From Gemmatimonadota bacterium (GTDB taxonomy: Bacteria > Gemmatimonadota > Gemmatimonadetes > Gemmatimonadales > Gemmatimonadaceae), in the NCBI GenBank assembly GCA_040389905.1, contig JAZJZK010000007.1, positions 64,001 through 128,000 of the forward strand: a stretch of DNA of 64,000 nucleotides, in the 5' to 3' direction. Position numbers and translations under genes: made by a program. Within the stretch, counting starts at the first letter, position 1. Every line of letters starts with the position of its first letter. Under the pieces are notes generated by a model that had not been told where the DNA came from, did no database searches, and worked only from the letters and a program-made list of their open reading frames with translations. This document shows, piece after piece, positions 8,979-19,465 of this stretch.

Positions 8979-10667
8979 ATGCCGCTTTTGCGTAACACAT
9001 TCTTGACGCTGGCCCTGCTGGTCGCCGCCGGCGCCTGCAGCGGGGGTGGTGGCGTGGCCGCCCCGGCGCCCGCTCCCTCGCCGGCGCCCGCCCCACCGCC
9101 CGTGAGCGGAGCTGTTGCCAGCCGGCCCCACGAGGCAGCGCCGCCCCTGCCCGCCATTCCCCTGGTCGATGGCCCGCTTGCGATTCGCGTCGTCTACCCA
9201 TCCCCGAATCAGACCATCACCTCGCGCGACTCGAATTTCATCTTCGGGTCGGTGGGCAGTGGCCGCGCCTCATTGACCATCAACGGCGTCCCGGTGCCGG
9301 TCTATCCGAACGGCGCCTTCACCGCCTATCTCGCCAATCCATCGGCCACCGCACCGAAATACGACATCGTCGCCTCCCGTGGTACCGATTCCGTGTCGCA
9401 CACGCTGAACATCCGGTACCCCGTCGTGGCCGCGCGCCCCGCCGTGGTGCCTCCCGCGACAAAGCCGGAAAACCTGCCAACCTCCCGTGCCGACACGATC
9501 GCCGCGCTGAATTCGCGAATCGACTCACTGCGGACGCAGCTCTCACGCAACGATCCCATTGGCATCGCGCAACTCGGCCAGCCTGCCGCCGCCGACTCGG
9601 ATATCACGATCTATGGCAAGCCGATCGTCGCCGGCACGTACAAATGGTTCTTCACACCAGGCACGCTCGTACCCGTCGTCGGCCGAGTCCCCGGCGCCGT
9701 GCGCGTTCGCCTCGACGACCAGCTCGATGTCTTCGTCGATTCCGCCGACGCACGCGACGCCCCCGCGGGCGCCACGCTCCCACGGCGCACGCTGTCCAAC
9801 ATGCGCGTTCGCGCCACCTCCACTGGCGCCGATGTCATCATGCCCATCGGGGCCAAGGCGCCTTATTTCGTCGAGGAGGGCGACCGCAGCATCTCGGTAA
9901 CGCTCTATGGCGTGCGGGGCAACACGGACATCATCAACTATGCGTCCGACGATTCACTCGTGCGCACGGTCGAATGGTCGCAGCTCGGCAGCGAGCGCAC
10001 GCGCGTCACGGTGAATCTGCACAACGCGCCCTACGGCTATCTCGTGCTGTGGGAAAACAATTCCCTCGTGCTCAAACTGCGCGGCCGGCCCGCCATCGTC
10101 TCGGCGCGTCCGCTTGCCGGTCTCACCATCGCCGTCGATCCCGGCCACCCGCCGATTGGCGCCACAGGGCCAACAGGACTCTACGAAGGCAACGCCACCC
10201 TGATGATCGGCCAACGCGTGCAGCGCATGCTCGAGGAGCGCGGCGCCACGGTCATCATGACGCGCACGACGGAAGCGCCCGTCGCGCTGGGCGATCGCCC
10301 CATCATTGCGCGGCGCGCGAATGCGCATGCCTTCGTGTCGATTCACCTGAATGCCTATCCCGACGGCGTGAATCCATTCGTCAACAACGGAACGGGAACG
10401 TACTTCTTCCGCACGCACAGCGAACCGCTCGCGCGAGAAGTCCAGCGCACCCTGGTCGCGCAGCTGGGCCTCCGGGACCTCGGCGTCAACTACGACAACC
10501 TCGCGGTGGTTCGTAGCACATGGTATCCAGCGGTGCTCTGCGAAGGCGCATTTCTGATGATCCCCGAGCAGGAGGCCGCCTTGCGGACGCCGGAGTTCCA
10601 GGATCGGTATGCGCGGGGCGTGGTGGATGGGCTGGAGAACTACTTCCGTAATCTCGCCAATCGATAA
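8979..10667 (+). CDS. N-acetylmuramoyl-L-alanine amidase (Amidase_3), lipoprotein
   Basis: Lipobox AAGAC; VDPGH, E, SIHLNA, LCEGAF motifs; start moved to ATG 8979 because the longer ORF runs through repeats. Confidence 0.9.
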   Translation: MPLLRNTFLTLALLVAAGACSGGGGVAAPAPAPSPAPAPPPVSGAVASRPHEAAPPLPAIPLVDGPLAIRVVYPSPNQTITSRDSNFIFGSVGSGRASLTINGVPVPVYPNGAFTAYLANPSATAPKYDIVASRGTDSVSHTLNIRYPVVAARPAVVPPATKPENLPTSRADTIAALNSRIDSLRTQLSRNDPIGIAQLGQPAAADSDITIYGKPIVAGTYKWFFTPGTLVPVVGRVPGAVRVRLDDQLDVFVDSADARDAPAGATLPRRTLSNMRVRATSTGADVIMPIGAKAPYFVEEGDRSISVTLYGVRGNTDIINYASDDSLVRTVEWSQLGSERTRVTVNLHNAPYGYLVLWENNSLVLKLRGRPAIVSARPLAGLTIAVDPGHPPIGATGPTGLYEGNATLMIGQRVQRMLEERGATVIMTRTTEAPVALGDRPIIARRANAHAFVSIHLNAYPDGVNPFVNNGTGTYFFRTHSEPLAREVQRTLVAQLGLRDLGVNYDNLAVVRSTWYPAVLCEGAFLMIPEQEAALRTPEFQDRYARGVVDGLENYFRNLANR

Positions 10668-10670
10668 TCA

Positions 10671-13600
10671 GTGTTAGAGAAAGAGGAATATCATTTGAAC
10701 CGCAGAGGGCGCAGAGGCGCAGAGGAGCGCAGAGGACTGCACGCGCGTTTTGTTGCCCTGCGCCGCAGTTACGCTCGTTTTGTCGCCCTGAGCGCAGCGA
10801 AGGGCCTGCACCTCCCGCAGTCCTCTGCGAACCTCTGCTCCTCTGCGACCTCTGCGGTGAGTCTGTTGCTGTTTTTGTTTTTCAGCACTGCCGCTGGTGC
10901 ACAGCCCGCCCCCTACCACCGCTACTATACCCTCGACACCAGGCACTTCCACGTCCACGTCCCGGCCGGCCTGGAACGCGAAGGCCGTGTCGCCGGCGCG
11001 TACGCTGAGCGAGCCTATGAACTACTCGCCAGAGAATTAGCCCCGCCGCGCGGCATGATCGAGCTCGTCGTCAGCGACGATGCCGACTACTCCAATGGCT
11101 TCGCCACGCCGCTCCCAAGCAATCGTATCGTCGTTTTTGCGACGCCGCCCGTTGAATCACCGTCGTTACGACTGAATGCGGACTGGCTCGAGATCGTCAT
11201 CACGCACGAGCTCACGCACATCTTCCATCTCGATCGTGCGCGCGGGCTGCCTGGATTTGCGCAACACATTTTTGGACGCGCGCCGTCCCTCTTTCCAAAC
11301 CTCCAGGGCCCGTCGTGGCTCACCGAGGGGTTGGCCGTCTACTATGAATCCCGCCTGACCGCTGGCGGGCGGCTGAATAGCTCCGAGCACCGTATGCTCG
11401 CTCGCGCCGCCGCCATCGAGAACAAGCTCCCGCGGCTCGGCGACCTCAGTCTCTCGTCACCATTGTTCCCCGGCGGCGAACGCGCGTACGGCTACGGCTC
11501 GTTGCTGGTCGAGTACATCGCGCGCACCCATGGCGACACCGGTGTAGCGAAGCTGATTGACGCGCAGAGCGGGCTCCTGATTCCGTATCGGCTCAACCAC
11601 GTTGCCCAAAAGGCCTTCGGCGTCGACTTCTCGACCGCGTTCGACGCGTGGAGCGACTCCGTTCGCGCCAGCGTGCGCCAGGGCAGCCCCAACATGACGT
11701 ACACGGAATGGCGCGAACTGACCAAGCATCCGTACTACGCCACGGATCCGCGTTGGATTAATGACTCCGTGCTCGTATACGCCGGAAACGATGGACGCTC
11801 CACCCAGGCCGCGTACTCGCTCCGGCTCGACGGCGGCCGCGAACGTCTCGGACGACGAAACTCACTCGGCGCCAGCGTCCCGCTTCCTGATGGCAGCTTC
11901 ATCTTCTCGCAGCTCGAGCTCGTGTCGCCGAGTGAAGTGCGCTCGGATTTGTACGTCGAGAAGAACGGCAAGCAGCACAGAATCACGAAAGGAATGCGCC
12001 TCGTGCAGCCCGACGCGCGCCGCGATGGAACCATCATCGCAGTACAGCTCGCGCCAACGCGTGCGAGTCTGCTCCTCATCGATTCCACATTCACGCACCA
12101 TCGACTGCTGCGGGATGCTGGGCCCGACGAAACGTGGAGCGAACCGCGCTGGTCACCCGATGGGCGATACGTCGCCGCCATTCATCGCGTGCACGGTGGC
12201 GAGTTCACACTCGAGGTGATCGACATCCAGACGAACGCCGCGGACGTGCTCGACGTCAGCCGCGCCATTCTCGCTGCGCCGAGCTGGGCGCCGAGCGGAG
12301 GGAGCGTCGTGTACACCAGCGAAGCGTCTGGCGTGCCGACCCTTACCGTCGTCCGCCGCGACCTGATGCAGCGTCGTCAGGGTGATCAGGGCGGCGGAAC
12401 GGGCGCGTATGCCGGCGAGATAGCACCGAGTGCGCAGGTGATTGCCGGCGTGCATCTGCGTGCCGACGGCTTTCACGTTGGGGTGATGCCTGCCTCCAGC
12501 GCTGCCACTGGCGCCGTCAGCCCCCTGAGCGAAGCGAAGGGCCTTCAATTGGCCCAAGCTCAAGACAGCCAACCCCTCGCCGCCGGCGATTACCGCAAAT
12601 ACTCCGCGTGGGGCACTGTCCTGCCCACGTACTGGCACCCGCTCATCGAAGCCGCCCCGAACCGCGGCACTCGCCTCGGCTTCGAGACGAGCGGTCACGA
12701 TGCCATTTACCGGCATCTTTGGGACGGCTTCCTCGCCGTTCCGACTACCGGCTCATATCCGACGGGCCGCTTCACATATCGCTACGCCGGCTTCAGGAAG
12801 CCGTACATCGATCTCCAGCTTTCGCAGGACTACACGTCGGATTTCACCTTCCAGAATGGCGGCACGGGCGAGATACTTGGCGCCTTGTTACGCCGGTCCC
12901 AGAACGCGTCGCTCGGTGCAACGTTCGTGCGGCCACGCGTGCGGACCTACTCGTCCTTCTCCTTCGGCGGCAATCTCGAGCGACGAAGTTTCCGCGCTGA
13001 TCCGGGCGAATTCCTCAAGCAGCTCGACACCGCGTACGCCCGCGACTACAACTTTCCAAGCGCGTTCCTCAGCGGCTCGTGGTCGAACACGCAGCGGCCG
13101 TCGCTCTCCATCTCCGCGGAAGACGGCGTGAGTCTCTCGTTCACGGTGCGCGAACGTGCGCGCGCGGACATCGCGAAGAACACGCGCTCGACGAGCGTCG
13201 TGGGCGCGACGTCGATGTATAAGAGCCTCGACCTGCCTGGCTTTGCGCATCATGTGCTGGCGCTGCGCGTCGCGGGCGGCATTGCCGATCGCCGGGCGGC
13301 CTCGTCGTTCCAGGTGGGCGGCGTCAGCAGCGGAACGATTCAATTCGCGTCGAACTACACGCTCGGCGAAGGACGTCGCACCTTCGGCGTGCGCGGCTTC
13401 TCGCCGGCGAGCGTCTTCGGCACTCGCGCGGCGAGCGGAACACTCGAGTATCGCGCACCGCTCTCGTTGGGTGGACGCGGCTTCGGAATGCTGCCGCTCT
13501 TTTACGATCGCGCGTTCTTCACCGCCTTCGCTGATGCCGGCGTCGCAACGTGCGCAGAGAATCCCCTCGTGCCGACAGTGTGCGCGCCCTCGCCACGTAT

Positions 13601-13769
13601 CGGTCGAACCATCGCGAGTGCGGGTGGGGAATTCATCCTCTCGGCGTCCGTGCTCGATTGGGACACGCCGCAGAGTATCCGGTTAGGGTTCGCGGTGCCG
13701 GTCGCCGGTCGTGCCGTTACCGGAGCGAGCCGCGTCAGCGTCTACCTCGCGTACGGCTTGTCCTTCTAG
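10671..13769 (+). CDS. Secreted HExxH peptidase-like domain - TolB/PD40 propeller - BamA/TamA-like beta-barrel protein (start uncertain, possibly GTG 10857)
   Basis: THELTH...WLTEGLA; PRWSPDG repeats; FGVRGF; C-terminal YGLSF outer-membrane signature. Confidence 0.8.
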   Translation: MLEKEEYHLNRRGRRGAEERRGLHARFVALRRSYARFVALSAAKGLHLPQSSANLCSSATSAVSLLLFLFFSTAAGAQPAPYHRYYTLDTRHFHVHVPAGLEREGRVAGAYAERAYELLARELAPPRGMIELVVSDDADYSNGFATPLPSNRIVVFATPPVESPSLRLNADWLEIVITHELTHIFHLDRARGLPGFAQHIFGRAPSLFPNLQGPSWLTEGLAVYYESRLTAGGRLNSSEHRMLARAAAIENKLPRLGDLSLSSPLFPGGERAYGYGSLLVEYIARTHGDTGVAKLIDAQSGLLIPYRLNHVAQKAFGVDFSTAFDAWSDSVRASVRQGSPNMTYTEWRELTKHPYYATDPRWINDSVLVYAGNDGRSTQAAYSLRLDGGRERLGRRNSLGASVPLPDGSFIFSQLELVSPSEVRSDLYVEKNGKQHRITKGMRLVQPDARRDGTIIAVQLAPTRASLLLIDSTFTHHRLLRDAGPDETWSEPRWSPDGRYVAAIHRVHGGEFTLEVIDIQTNAADVLDVSRAILAAPSWAPSGGSVVYTSEASGVPTLTVVRRDLMQRRQGDQGGGTGAYAGEIAPSAQVIAGVHLRADGFHVGVMPASSAATGAVSPLSEAKGLQLAQAQDSQPLAAGDYRKYSAWGTVLPTYWHPLIEAAPNRGTRLGFETSGHDAIYRHLWDGFLAVPTTGSYPTGRFTYRYAGFRKPYIDLQLSQDYTSDFTFQNGGTGEILGALLRRSQNASLGATFVRPRVRTYSSFSFGGNLERRSFRADPGEFLKQLDTAYARDYNFPSAFLSGSWSNTQRPSLSISAEDGVSLSFTVRERARADIAKNTRSTSVVGATSMYKSLDLPGFAHHVLALRVAGGIADRRAASSFQVGGVSSGTIQFASNYTLGEGRRTFGVRGFSPASVFGTRAASGTLEYRAPLSLGGRGFGMLPLFYDRAFFTAFADAGVATCAENPLVPTVCAPSPRIGRTIASAGGEFILSASVLDWDTPQSIRLGFAVPVAGRAVTGASRVSVYLAYGLSF
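10699..10858. repeat. Composite hairpin: CGCAGAG repeats and their inverted CTCTGCG copies enclosing a family B REP
   Basis: accgcagag...gcagaggactgc [REP] gcagtcctctgc...ctctgcggt. Confidence 0.85.
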
Positions 13770-13780
13770 CAGAGACTTAT

Positions 13781-13897
13781 TGTCACCCCGAGCGAGCGCA
13801 GCGAGTCGAGCGGGTCTGCACTTCCGCTCGTTTTGTCGCCTGCCTGCCCTTGAGGAGCGCAAGCGACGAAGGGAGCGAAGCGAAGGGCCTGCACCTC
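13781..13897 (+). repeat. REP-like family A plus family B cluster
   Basis: tgtcaccccgagcgagcgcagcgagtcgagcgggtctgcac...cgctcgttttgtcgcc...gcgaagggcctgcacct. Confidence 0.8.
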
Positions 13898-13948
13898 ATG
13901 CGGAGTTCACGTCGTAACTCCAAAGCACCAACGCGCGTAGGTGAGTCC

Positions 13949-14770
13949 ATGCCTCACCTTCCCGCTCAGCGCAGTTGCCGCACCCTCGGCGCCACGATCA
14001 ACGAGTTCGTCCTGCCTCCGAACTGCCCCATTCCTGTCCACGAGCACGCGCCACCGCACATCCTCGTCATGCTCGACGGCGAACTCGCCGACGTCGAAGG
14101 CGCGACAGAAACCGTGTGCGCTCGAGGTTCGCTGCGCTACTCCCCCGGACGCGACCGGCACCACGTGCGCATCTCGTCGAATGGCGCACACTGCCTCGTG
14201 ATCGAAGCGGGCGGCTTCCCCGATCTCAGATTCCGGAACCGCATCTACGTCCCCGCTCGTGATTCGGCCGGCATGCGCGAATCGCTCGCCCGCTGGCTCT
14301 TTACGGAATCGTGCGCGTCACCAGCGCGCGTGGAGGATTGTGTGCTCGCGCTCTTCTGTCATATCCGTGACTTCGACCGCGGAGCACCATCGACGTCCAC
14401 GCCATGGCTCGACGACGTGCGCCGCATGCTCGACACCGTTGGCGCCTCGTCGACACCATTGGCCGACGCCGCCCGCATCGCCGACCGAAGCCCTGGCCTC
14501 GTCGCGCGAACGTTCCGCGCTGCGCACGCCGTGTCGATCCACCGGTACTATCGTCGCCGCCAGGTCGATCGCGCGTGGGACATGTTTACCTCCTCCACCA
14601 ACTCGCTCGGCGTCATTGCCAACGACTGTGGCTTCGCTGACCAGAGTCACATGACGCGCACCTTCGTCCGCGAGACCGGTGAGACCCCGTCTCGCCTGCG
14701 CGCACGCATGGCCGACGGCCTGCATAGGAATTGGTTTCTCGCCGCGCCGCTCGAGATCATCGGAACGTGA
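13949..14770 (+). CDS. AraC-family transcriptional regulator with cupin sensor
   Basis: HEH cupin motif; IANDCGFADQSHMTRTF...GETP; start uncertain (13898 or 13949). Confidence 0.9.
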   Translation: MPHLPAQRSCRTLGATINEFVLPPNCPIPVHEHAPPHILVMLDGELADVEGATETVCARGSLRYSPGRDRHHVRISSNGAHCLVIEAGGFPDLRFRNRIYVPARDSAGMRESLARWLFTESCASPARVEDCVLALFCHIRDFDRGAPSTSTPWLDDVRRMLDTVGASSTPLADAARIADRSPGLVARTFRAAHAVSIHRYYRRRQVDRAWDMFTSSTNSLGVIANDCGFADQSHMTRTFVRETGETPSRLRARMADGLHRNWFLAAPLEIIGT

Positions 14771-14806
14771 CGTCTCGCAACGAGCCACTGGCTCAGTAAG
14801 AGCCAT

Positions 14807-14917
14807 TTACCGCAGAGGTCGCAGAGGAACGCAGAGGAGAACGGGAAGGCAAAAGCGGTTTTGTTTTCCTCTGCGTTCTCTGCGGCTGTTGCAGTTCCTC
14901 TGCGCCCTCTGCGGTAA
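14807..14917. repeat. CGCAGAG / CTCTGCG inverted-repeat hairpin between convergent genes
   Basis: ttaccgcagaggtcgcagaggaacgcagag ... ctctgcgttctctgcg...cctctgcgccctctgcggtaa. Confidence 0.85.
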
Positions 14918-14966
14918 AATGCTTTGCGATGCTTGTCATGCAGAGGAACCGTGGCGAGCACATCGA

Positions 14967-16082
14967 CTATCGTCTGATCCCCTGCCGCGCCGTCCACGCG
15001 AACACCGTATCCCACACCCCCGGCGCGAAGCTCGCCATCCTGTTCCCATTCGGCCCGCGCACCACAAACAGCCCATGGTTCGCCTCCGGGAACAACCGCC
15101 ACGTCACCTGGTTCGGCGTCGGCAACGAATCCAGCACCGCGATGCTCTTCGTCACCGGCAGGCTCGAATCCCACGCGCCGTAGAGCCACAGCGACGGACG
15201 CTCCATGTGCGCCAGATTCGCGCGCGGGTCAAATCCCTTGGGCGGCACCGCGAGCATGCGCCGGTCGAGCTCCTCGAAGGGAATCGGCGGCGGCTTTACG
15301 CCGAAGTGATCCGTGTTCTCATCGGTCCACCGGCTCCACACGCCTTCTTCGTGCGGCGACACCGCCGGGCCCGAGATGTTGATCGCGAATTGCGCGCGTG
15401 ACGTGCCGTCCAAGAGCGACGACATCACCCAGCCACCCTGGCTGATCGTGACGACGCCGATTCGCTTCGGGTCCACGCCGCGCAGTGCCGCGAGCGTTTC
15501 CAATGCGACGCTCGTCTCGTGCGCGCGGAGCGCCATCACTTTGCCGTCCTCGAGATCGTCGCCCCAATAGCGTCCGGCTGACCCACCAACGCCTCGCTTG
15601 TCCACGTTCAGCACCACGAAGCCATGTTCCGCGAATCGGCGCGCGAGAAAGTGATAGGCCCCACGCTTCGAATTGCCCGAACCGTGGACGATCACCACGC
15701 CCGGCCGAGCCTCCGCCGATGAGCCGCGGGGACGGTAGATCGTGGCGGAGCGTGGCGATCCGTCGACCATCACGTCGGTCGTCGTTCTCGAGTACGCGCT
15801 GAATTCGCGCCAGGAGGTGCCGATCACCGCGAGACCGATGAACGCGAGCACCGATGCATGTCCGATGCGCACCAATAGTGGCGGTGCCGCGTCGACCCAT
15901 CTCGAAACGCCGAACAGCGCAAGCGCGACGACTGAGAAGATGAGCTGCATCATGGGCACCGACCCACCAACGATGCCCGCGAAGAACTCGATCATGTCGT
16001 TCGGGCGAGCGAGCAGGAGCACCAACACCGCAAAGAACACCGACAGGAGCGCGGTTACCGCGCCGACAATTCGTTTCCACAT
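14967..16082 (-). CDS. Membrane-anchored alpha/beta hydrolase (S9/S15-like)
   Basis: N-terminal TM helices; VHGSG, DKRGVGGS, xISQGG nucleophile elbow, D and H of the triad; start uncertain. Confidence 0.85.
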   Translation of the reverse strand: MWKRIVGAVTALLSVFFAVLVLLLARPNDMIEFFAGIVGGSVPMMQLIFSVVALALFGVSRWVDAAPPLLVRIGHASVLAFIGLAVIGTSWREFSAYSRTTTDVMVDGSPRSATIYRPRGSSAEARPGVVIVHGSGNSKRGAYHFLARRFAEHGFVVLNVDKRGVGGSAGRYWGDDLEDGKVMALRAHETSVALETLAALRGVDPKRIGVVTISQGGWVMSSLLDGTSRAQFAINISGPAVSPHEEGVWSRWTDENTDHFGVKPPPIPFEELDRRMLAVPPKGFDPRANLAHMERPSLWLYGAWDSSLPVTKSIAVLDSLPTPNQVTWRLFPEANHGLFVVRGPNGNRMASFAPGVWDTVFAWTARQGIRR

Positions 16083-16176
16083 GCGGCCACAATAGGATCG
16101 CATGTGGCGGTCGTCTTGCACGATTGCGCACCTGCCCGTGTGTCGCGAGCCCTATCTAGGCGTGTATCACTGTGGA

Positions 16177-16239
16177 TGTCATCCCGAGCGAAGTCGAGGG
16201 ATCTGCACTTTCAGTCTGGGTTTCGGGGTCGGGATGACA
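16177..16239. repeat. REP-like family A hairpin
   Basis: TGTCATCCCGA ... TCGGGATGACA perfect 11-bp inverted arms. Confidence 0.85.
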
Positions 16240-16272
16240 AGTGCTGCACTAACGCCAATTTGCGCAGCTGGT

Positions 16273-19200
16273 TCAGGGGTACAGGACAGCGGTTGGCGCG
16301 CTGCGCATGATCGTCGTCCCATCGCCCACTCCTCCAAATTCATTCTTTCCCCAGCAATACGCCGTGCCGCCCGTCGTCAGTCCGCACGCCGCCCTCTCGC
16401 CAACGCTCAGCATTGAAAACGTCAGGCTGCCGGCGACCGCAACCGGCGTCAATCGGGTAATCACGGTCGTTCCGTCTCCCACGACACCATCTTCGTTCGA
16501 TCCCCAGCAATAGGCGGCCGCCGACGTCGTGAGTCCGCACATGGTTTCCCAGCCTGCCGTGACGCTGGAAAAAACCAACGTGCCGGCGACCGCAGTTGGT
16601 ACGTTGTGCGCGGTAGTGGAGCCGTCACCGGTGCCGTATCCGGAGTTTCCTCCCCAGCAATACGCTTTCCCCGCCACCGTAAGTCCGCACGAAAGATTGA
16701 GCCCCGCCGCAACCTTCACGAATTGGTGGCCCCCAACGACAAGCTGTGGCGGGCTTGCGACCAGATTGCCAGAGGTGGAACCGTTCCCGATCTGTCCGTA
16801 GTAATTCAAGCCCCAGCAGTAGATGTCATTGCCGGTCGTGACCCCGCAGGTATGGACTCCCCCCACAGCCAGCACGGCGAACGTCCGGCCGCCTGGCACG
16901 AGGACGGGAATTCTGGAGTAAGACCCAACAGCGCTGCCCAACGCTCCAGAGGAATTGTTTCCCCAACAGTAGGCAGCCCCGGTTGTCGTCACCCCGCACG
17001 TGTGCCGACTCCCTCCCCCTGTCGAGAGACTCGTGAAGGTCAATCCGCCCGAGACGGCTTGCGGCACACTCTCGAGACCGGTTGTGGCGCCATTTCCTAC
17101 GCTCCCCAGGGTATTGTCACCCCAGCAGTAGGCAATACCACCCGACGTCAGTCCGCAGGTGTGTTGCATCCCGACCACGAGCGACACGATTGAATCTCCA
17201 TTGCTCACCTTTATTGGCGTGGGCCGCGTCTGCACCGTCGTCCCGTCGCCGAGTTGCCCCAGTTGACCTCCCCCCCAACAGTAGGTCCCGGCCGACGAAT
17301 GACTGCAGGAGTGAATGCCCGCCGCCACGCTCGACACGATCGGTGCGGCGTCGGTGAGCACCGCAAAGCCCGCTGAGGTGACCGGTGTCAGACCCGACGC
17401 GCTGAAGGTGAGCGCGACTGTTCCGCTCCCAGTGACCGCAAGGTTGGTGAATGATGCGACGCCACCTACGGCGTTCACGGTCGTTGTCCCCGAGAGGGTG
17501 CCGCTCCCGCTCGCGATCGACGCCGTCACGGCATTGCTCCCAGTGGTACCGTTACCAGCATTGTCGACGAGTTGAATGACGGGCTGGATCGAAAGCACAG
17601 TCCCGGTCACCGAGCCCCCCGGCTGACGCGACATCGCCAGTGCACTCGCCGGTCCCGCCACGATGAGCGTCGACGTCGCCGGCACCTTCGAAGGCGCAGA
17701 GAAACTGATGCGATGCGTGCCAACTCCAGTGACGGCCAGATTGGTGAACGTCGCGATTCCGCTCGAAGCAGTGGCCGTCAGCGTGCCAGAAAGCGTGCCC
17801 GATCCCAAATCGTATGCCGCGGTCACGACAGTGCTGTTGTCGCTCGTCACCACCTGACCCGCACCATCGACCACCTCGACGACCGGTTGCGTGGCGAATG
17901 GTGCGCCACTCGTTGCACCCGCCGGTTGTACGGAAACTCGAACTGCCGGTCCTGAGGTCCCAATCGCAAAGGCGTTGGATGTTACAGATGGCGTTCCAGG
18001 CGCCGAGAACACCAACTGATACTGACCCTCGGCCGTTATGCTGAGATCGGTGAATCGTGCAACGCCGTTGGCGACTTGCACGCTCTGCGTTCCCTGCAGG
18101 CTACCAGGCGCCGCGCCCGGTCCGCCCAACTTCGCGGCAGTGACGATCAGTCCGTTGATGTTCGTCGCCGTGTCGCCAGACGCGGTCTTGAAGACGAGCT
18201 CCGGCTGCACTGGCAATGCGACGTTCTTTGTTCCATTCACGAGTGGCGCGATCAGTACCATCGAGCCCCGCACCCTGAACGCCTTCGCAACCGACGGAGC
18301 GCCCGCGCCACTGCCCGCCGCAGCGAAGATCCCTGGGAGGCCCGGCAGAAGCGCCGTTACGACGCCGCTCGCCGAGACCGTTGCCGTCGTCGGATCATTC
18401 GTTGTGTACACGAAGGTGAGGCACGCGCTGATGTCGACGCCGTTCGCGTCCTTCGCAACGGGATCGAGCTGTGCCCGCTGACCAACTGCCAGATCGATGA
18501 GCTGCCCGCCCGGCGAGGGCTCCAGAAGTGGCGAGGGCAGGTATGAGTCACCGATCAACGCGTACACCCGCGGAATCGTGATCGTGGTGGCGACAGGCGT
18601 CACGGCAAGCGTCGTGTTCGTGCGCGCCGAGGCGCTCAGGCTCACGGAGAAGCGCGCGATCTGCTGCGCGTCCACGATGTTCACGACCCCGTCGTTCGTC
18701 ACGTCGCCCTGCGTTGCCACGGCCGCTGCATTCGAGACGCTCAAGCCAACGGTGGATCGCGCGAGCTGCTGCGCATCGATGATGTCCACCGCATTGTCGA
18801 TATTCACGTCGCCCCAGAGACCGCTCAGCGCAACGCACGCGTCCAGCTTTCGCACGCGCACGATCGACATGAGATTTGCGCCGACGTCACTGCCCGCGGC
18901 CGTCGGCAGGAGCGTGACGCTCGTCGCGCCGGTGGACGCGGTGAAATACACCGTCGCGACGGTAACCGTGCTGGTCGTTCCCGCCGCGTCGAACACCGAC
19001 AACGAGAGTTGGCCTGCCGATGCATTCGCGCTATTGAACGAGACCGATCCGAATGACCCGGCCTTCAATGAGTCGAAGGTGAGTCGCGTCGGGCTCCACG
19101 ACACCGTCGTCGTCAACGAGGCAAGATTGGTCCCTCCCGCGGCCGACATGTCGATCACGATGGGAACCGCGACGGTCGTATTCGGCGTCGCCGTGATCTG

Positions 19201-19311
19201 GCCGCCCGCTCCTGGGCGAATCGTGATGACGTTCTGTGCGCTGAGCACACGGCCGGCGAAGGCCAGCGCGGACGCGCAGATCGCGAGCGCGAGGCGGCGG
19301 CGAATTGACAT
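16273..19311 (-). CDS. Secreted cohesin - dockerin - Ig-like repeats - RCC1/BLIP-II propeller protein
   Basis: Signal peptide; cohesin-like VAVPIVID...SWSPTRLTF; two F-hand repeats GDVNIDNAVDIIDAQQ and GDVTNDGVVNIVDAQQ; seven AYCWG-type repeats. Confidence 0.85.
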   Translation of the reverse strand: MSIRRRLALAICASALAFAGRVLSAQNVITIRPGAGGQITATPNTTVAVPIVIDMSAAGGTNLASLTTTVSWSPTRLTFDSLKAGSFGSVSFNSANASAGQLSLSVFDAAGTTSTVTVATVYFTASTGATSVTLLPTAAGSDVGANLMSIVRVRKLDACVALSGLWGDVNIDNAVDIIDAQQLARSTVGLSVSNAAAVATQGDVTNDGVVNIVDAQQIARFSVSLSASARTNTTLAVTPVATTITIPRVYALIGDSYLPSPLLEPSPGGQLIDLAVGQRAQLDPVAKDANGVDISACLTFVYTTNDPTTATVSASGVVTALLPGLPGIFAAAGSGAGAPSVAKAFRVRGSMVLIAPLVNGTKNVALPVQPELVFKTASGDTATNINGLIVTAAKLGGPGAAPGSLQGTQSVQVANGVARFTDLSITAEGQYQLVFSAPGTPSVTSNAFAIGTSGPAVRVSVQPAGATSGAPFATQPVVEVVDGAGQVVTSDNSTVVTAAYDLGSGTLSGTLTATASSGIATFTNLAVTGVGTHRISFSAPSKVPATSTLIVAGPASALAMSRQPGGSVTGTVLSIQPVIQLVDNAGNGTTGSNAVTASIASGSGTLSGTTTVNAVGGVASFTNLAVTGSGTVALTFSASGLTPVTSAGFAVLTDAAPIVSSVAAGIHSCSHSSAGTYCWGGGQLGQLGDGTTVQTRPTPIKVSNGDSIVSLVVGMQHTCGLTSGGIAYCWGDNTLGSVGNGATTGLESVPQAVSGGLTFTSLSTGGGSRHTCGVTTTGAAYCWGNNSSGALGSAVGSYSRIPVLVPGGRTFAVLAVGGVHTCGVTTGNDIYCWGLNYYGQIGNGSTSGNLVASPPQLVVGGHQFVKVAAGLNLSCGLTVAGKAYCWGGNSGYGTGDGSTTAHNVPTAVAGTLVFSSVTAGWETMCGLTTSAAAYCWGSNEDGVVGDGTTVITRLTPVAVAGSLTFSMLSVGERAACGLTTGGTAYCWGKNEFGGVGDGTTIMRSAPTAVLYP

Positions 19312-19465
19312 GAGACCTCTGGTGGGTACATGTCGCCGACGACATCAGCGGCATATTGTTATTGACTGTTCAAATGTATACGAATTCAGGCGAAGGCGCA
19401 CGTCCGTACGGCAACATCAAGCGGGCTGATGCTCACGAATACAGCCTTGATGAAGCAGCCCAAGA

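Noticed and set aside
16273..17330. Diversity-generating retroelement target in the RCC1 repeats
   Set aside because: No reverse transcriptase and no template/variable repeat pair differing at adenines
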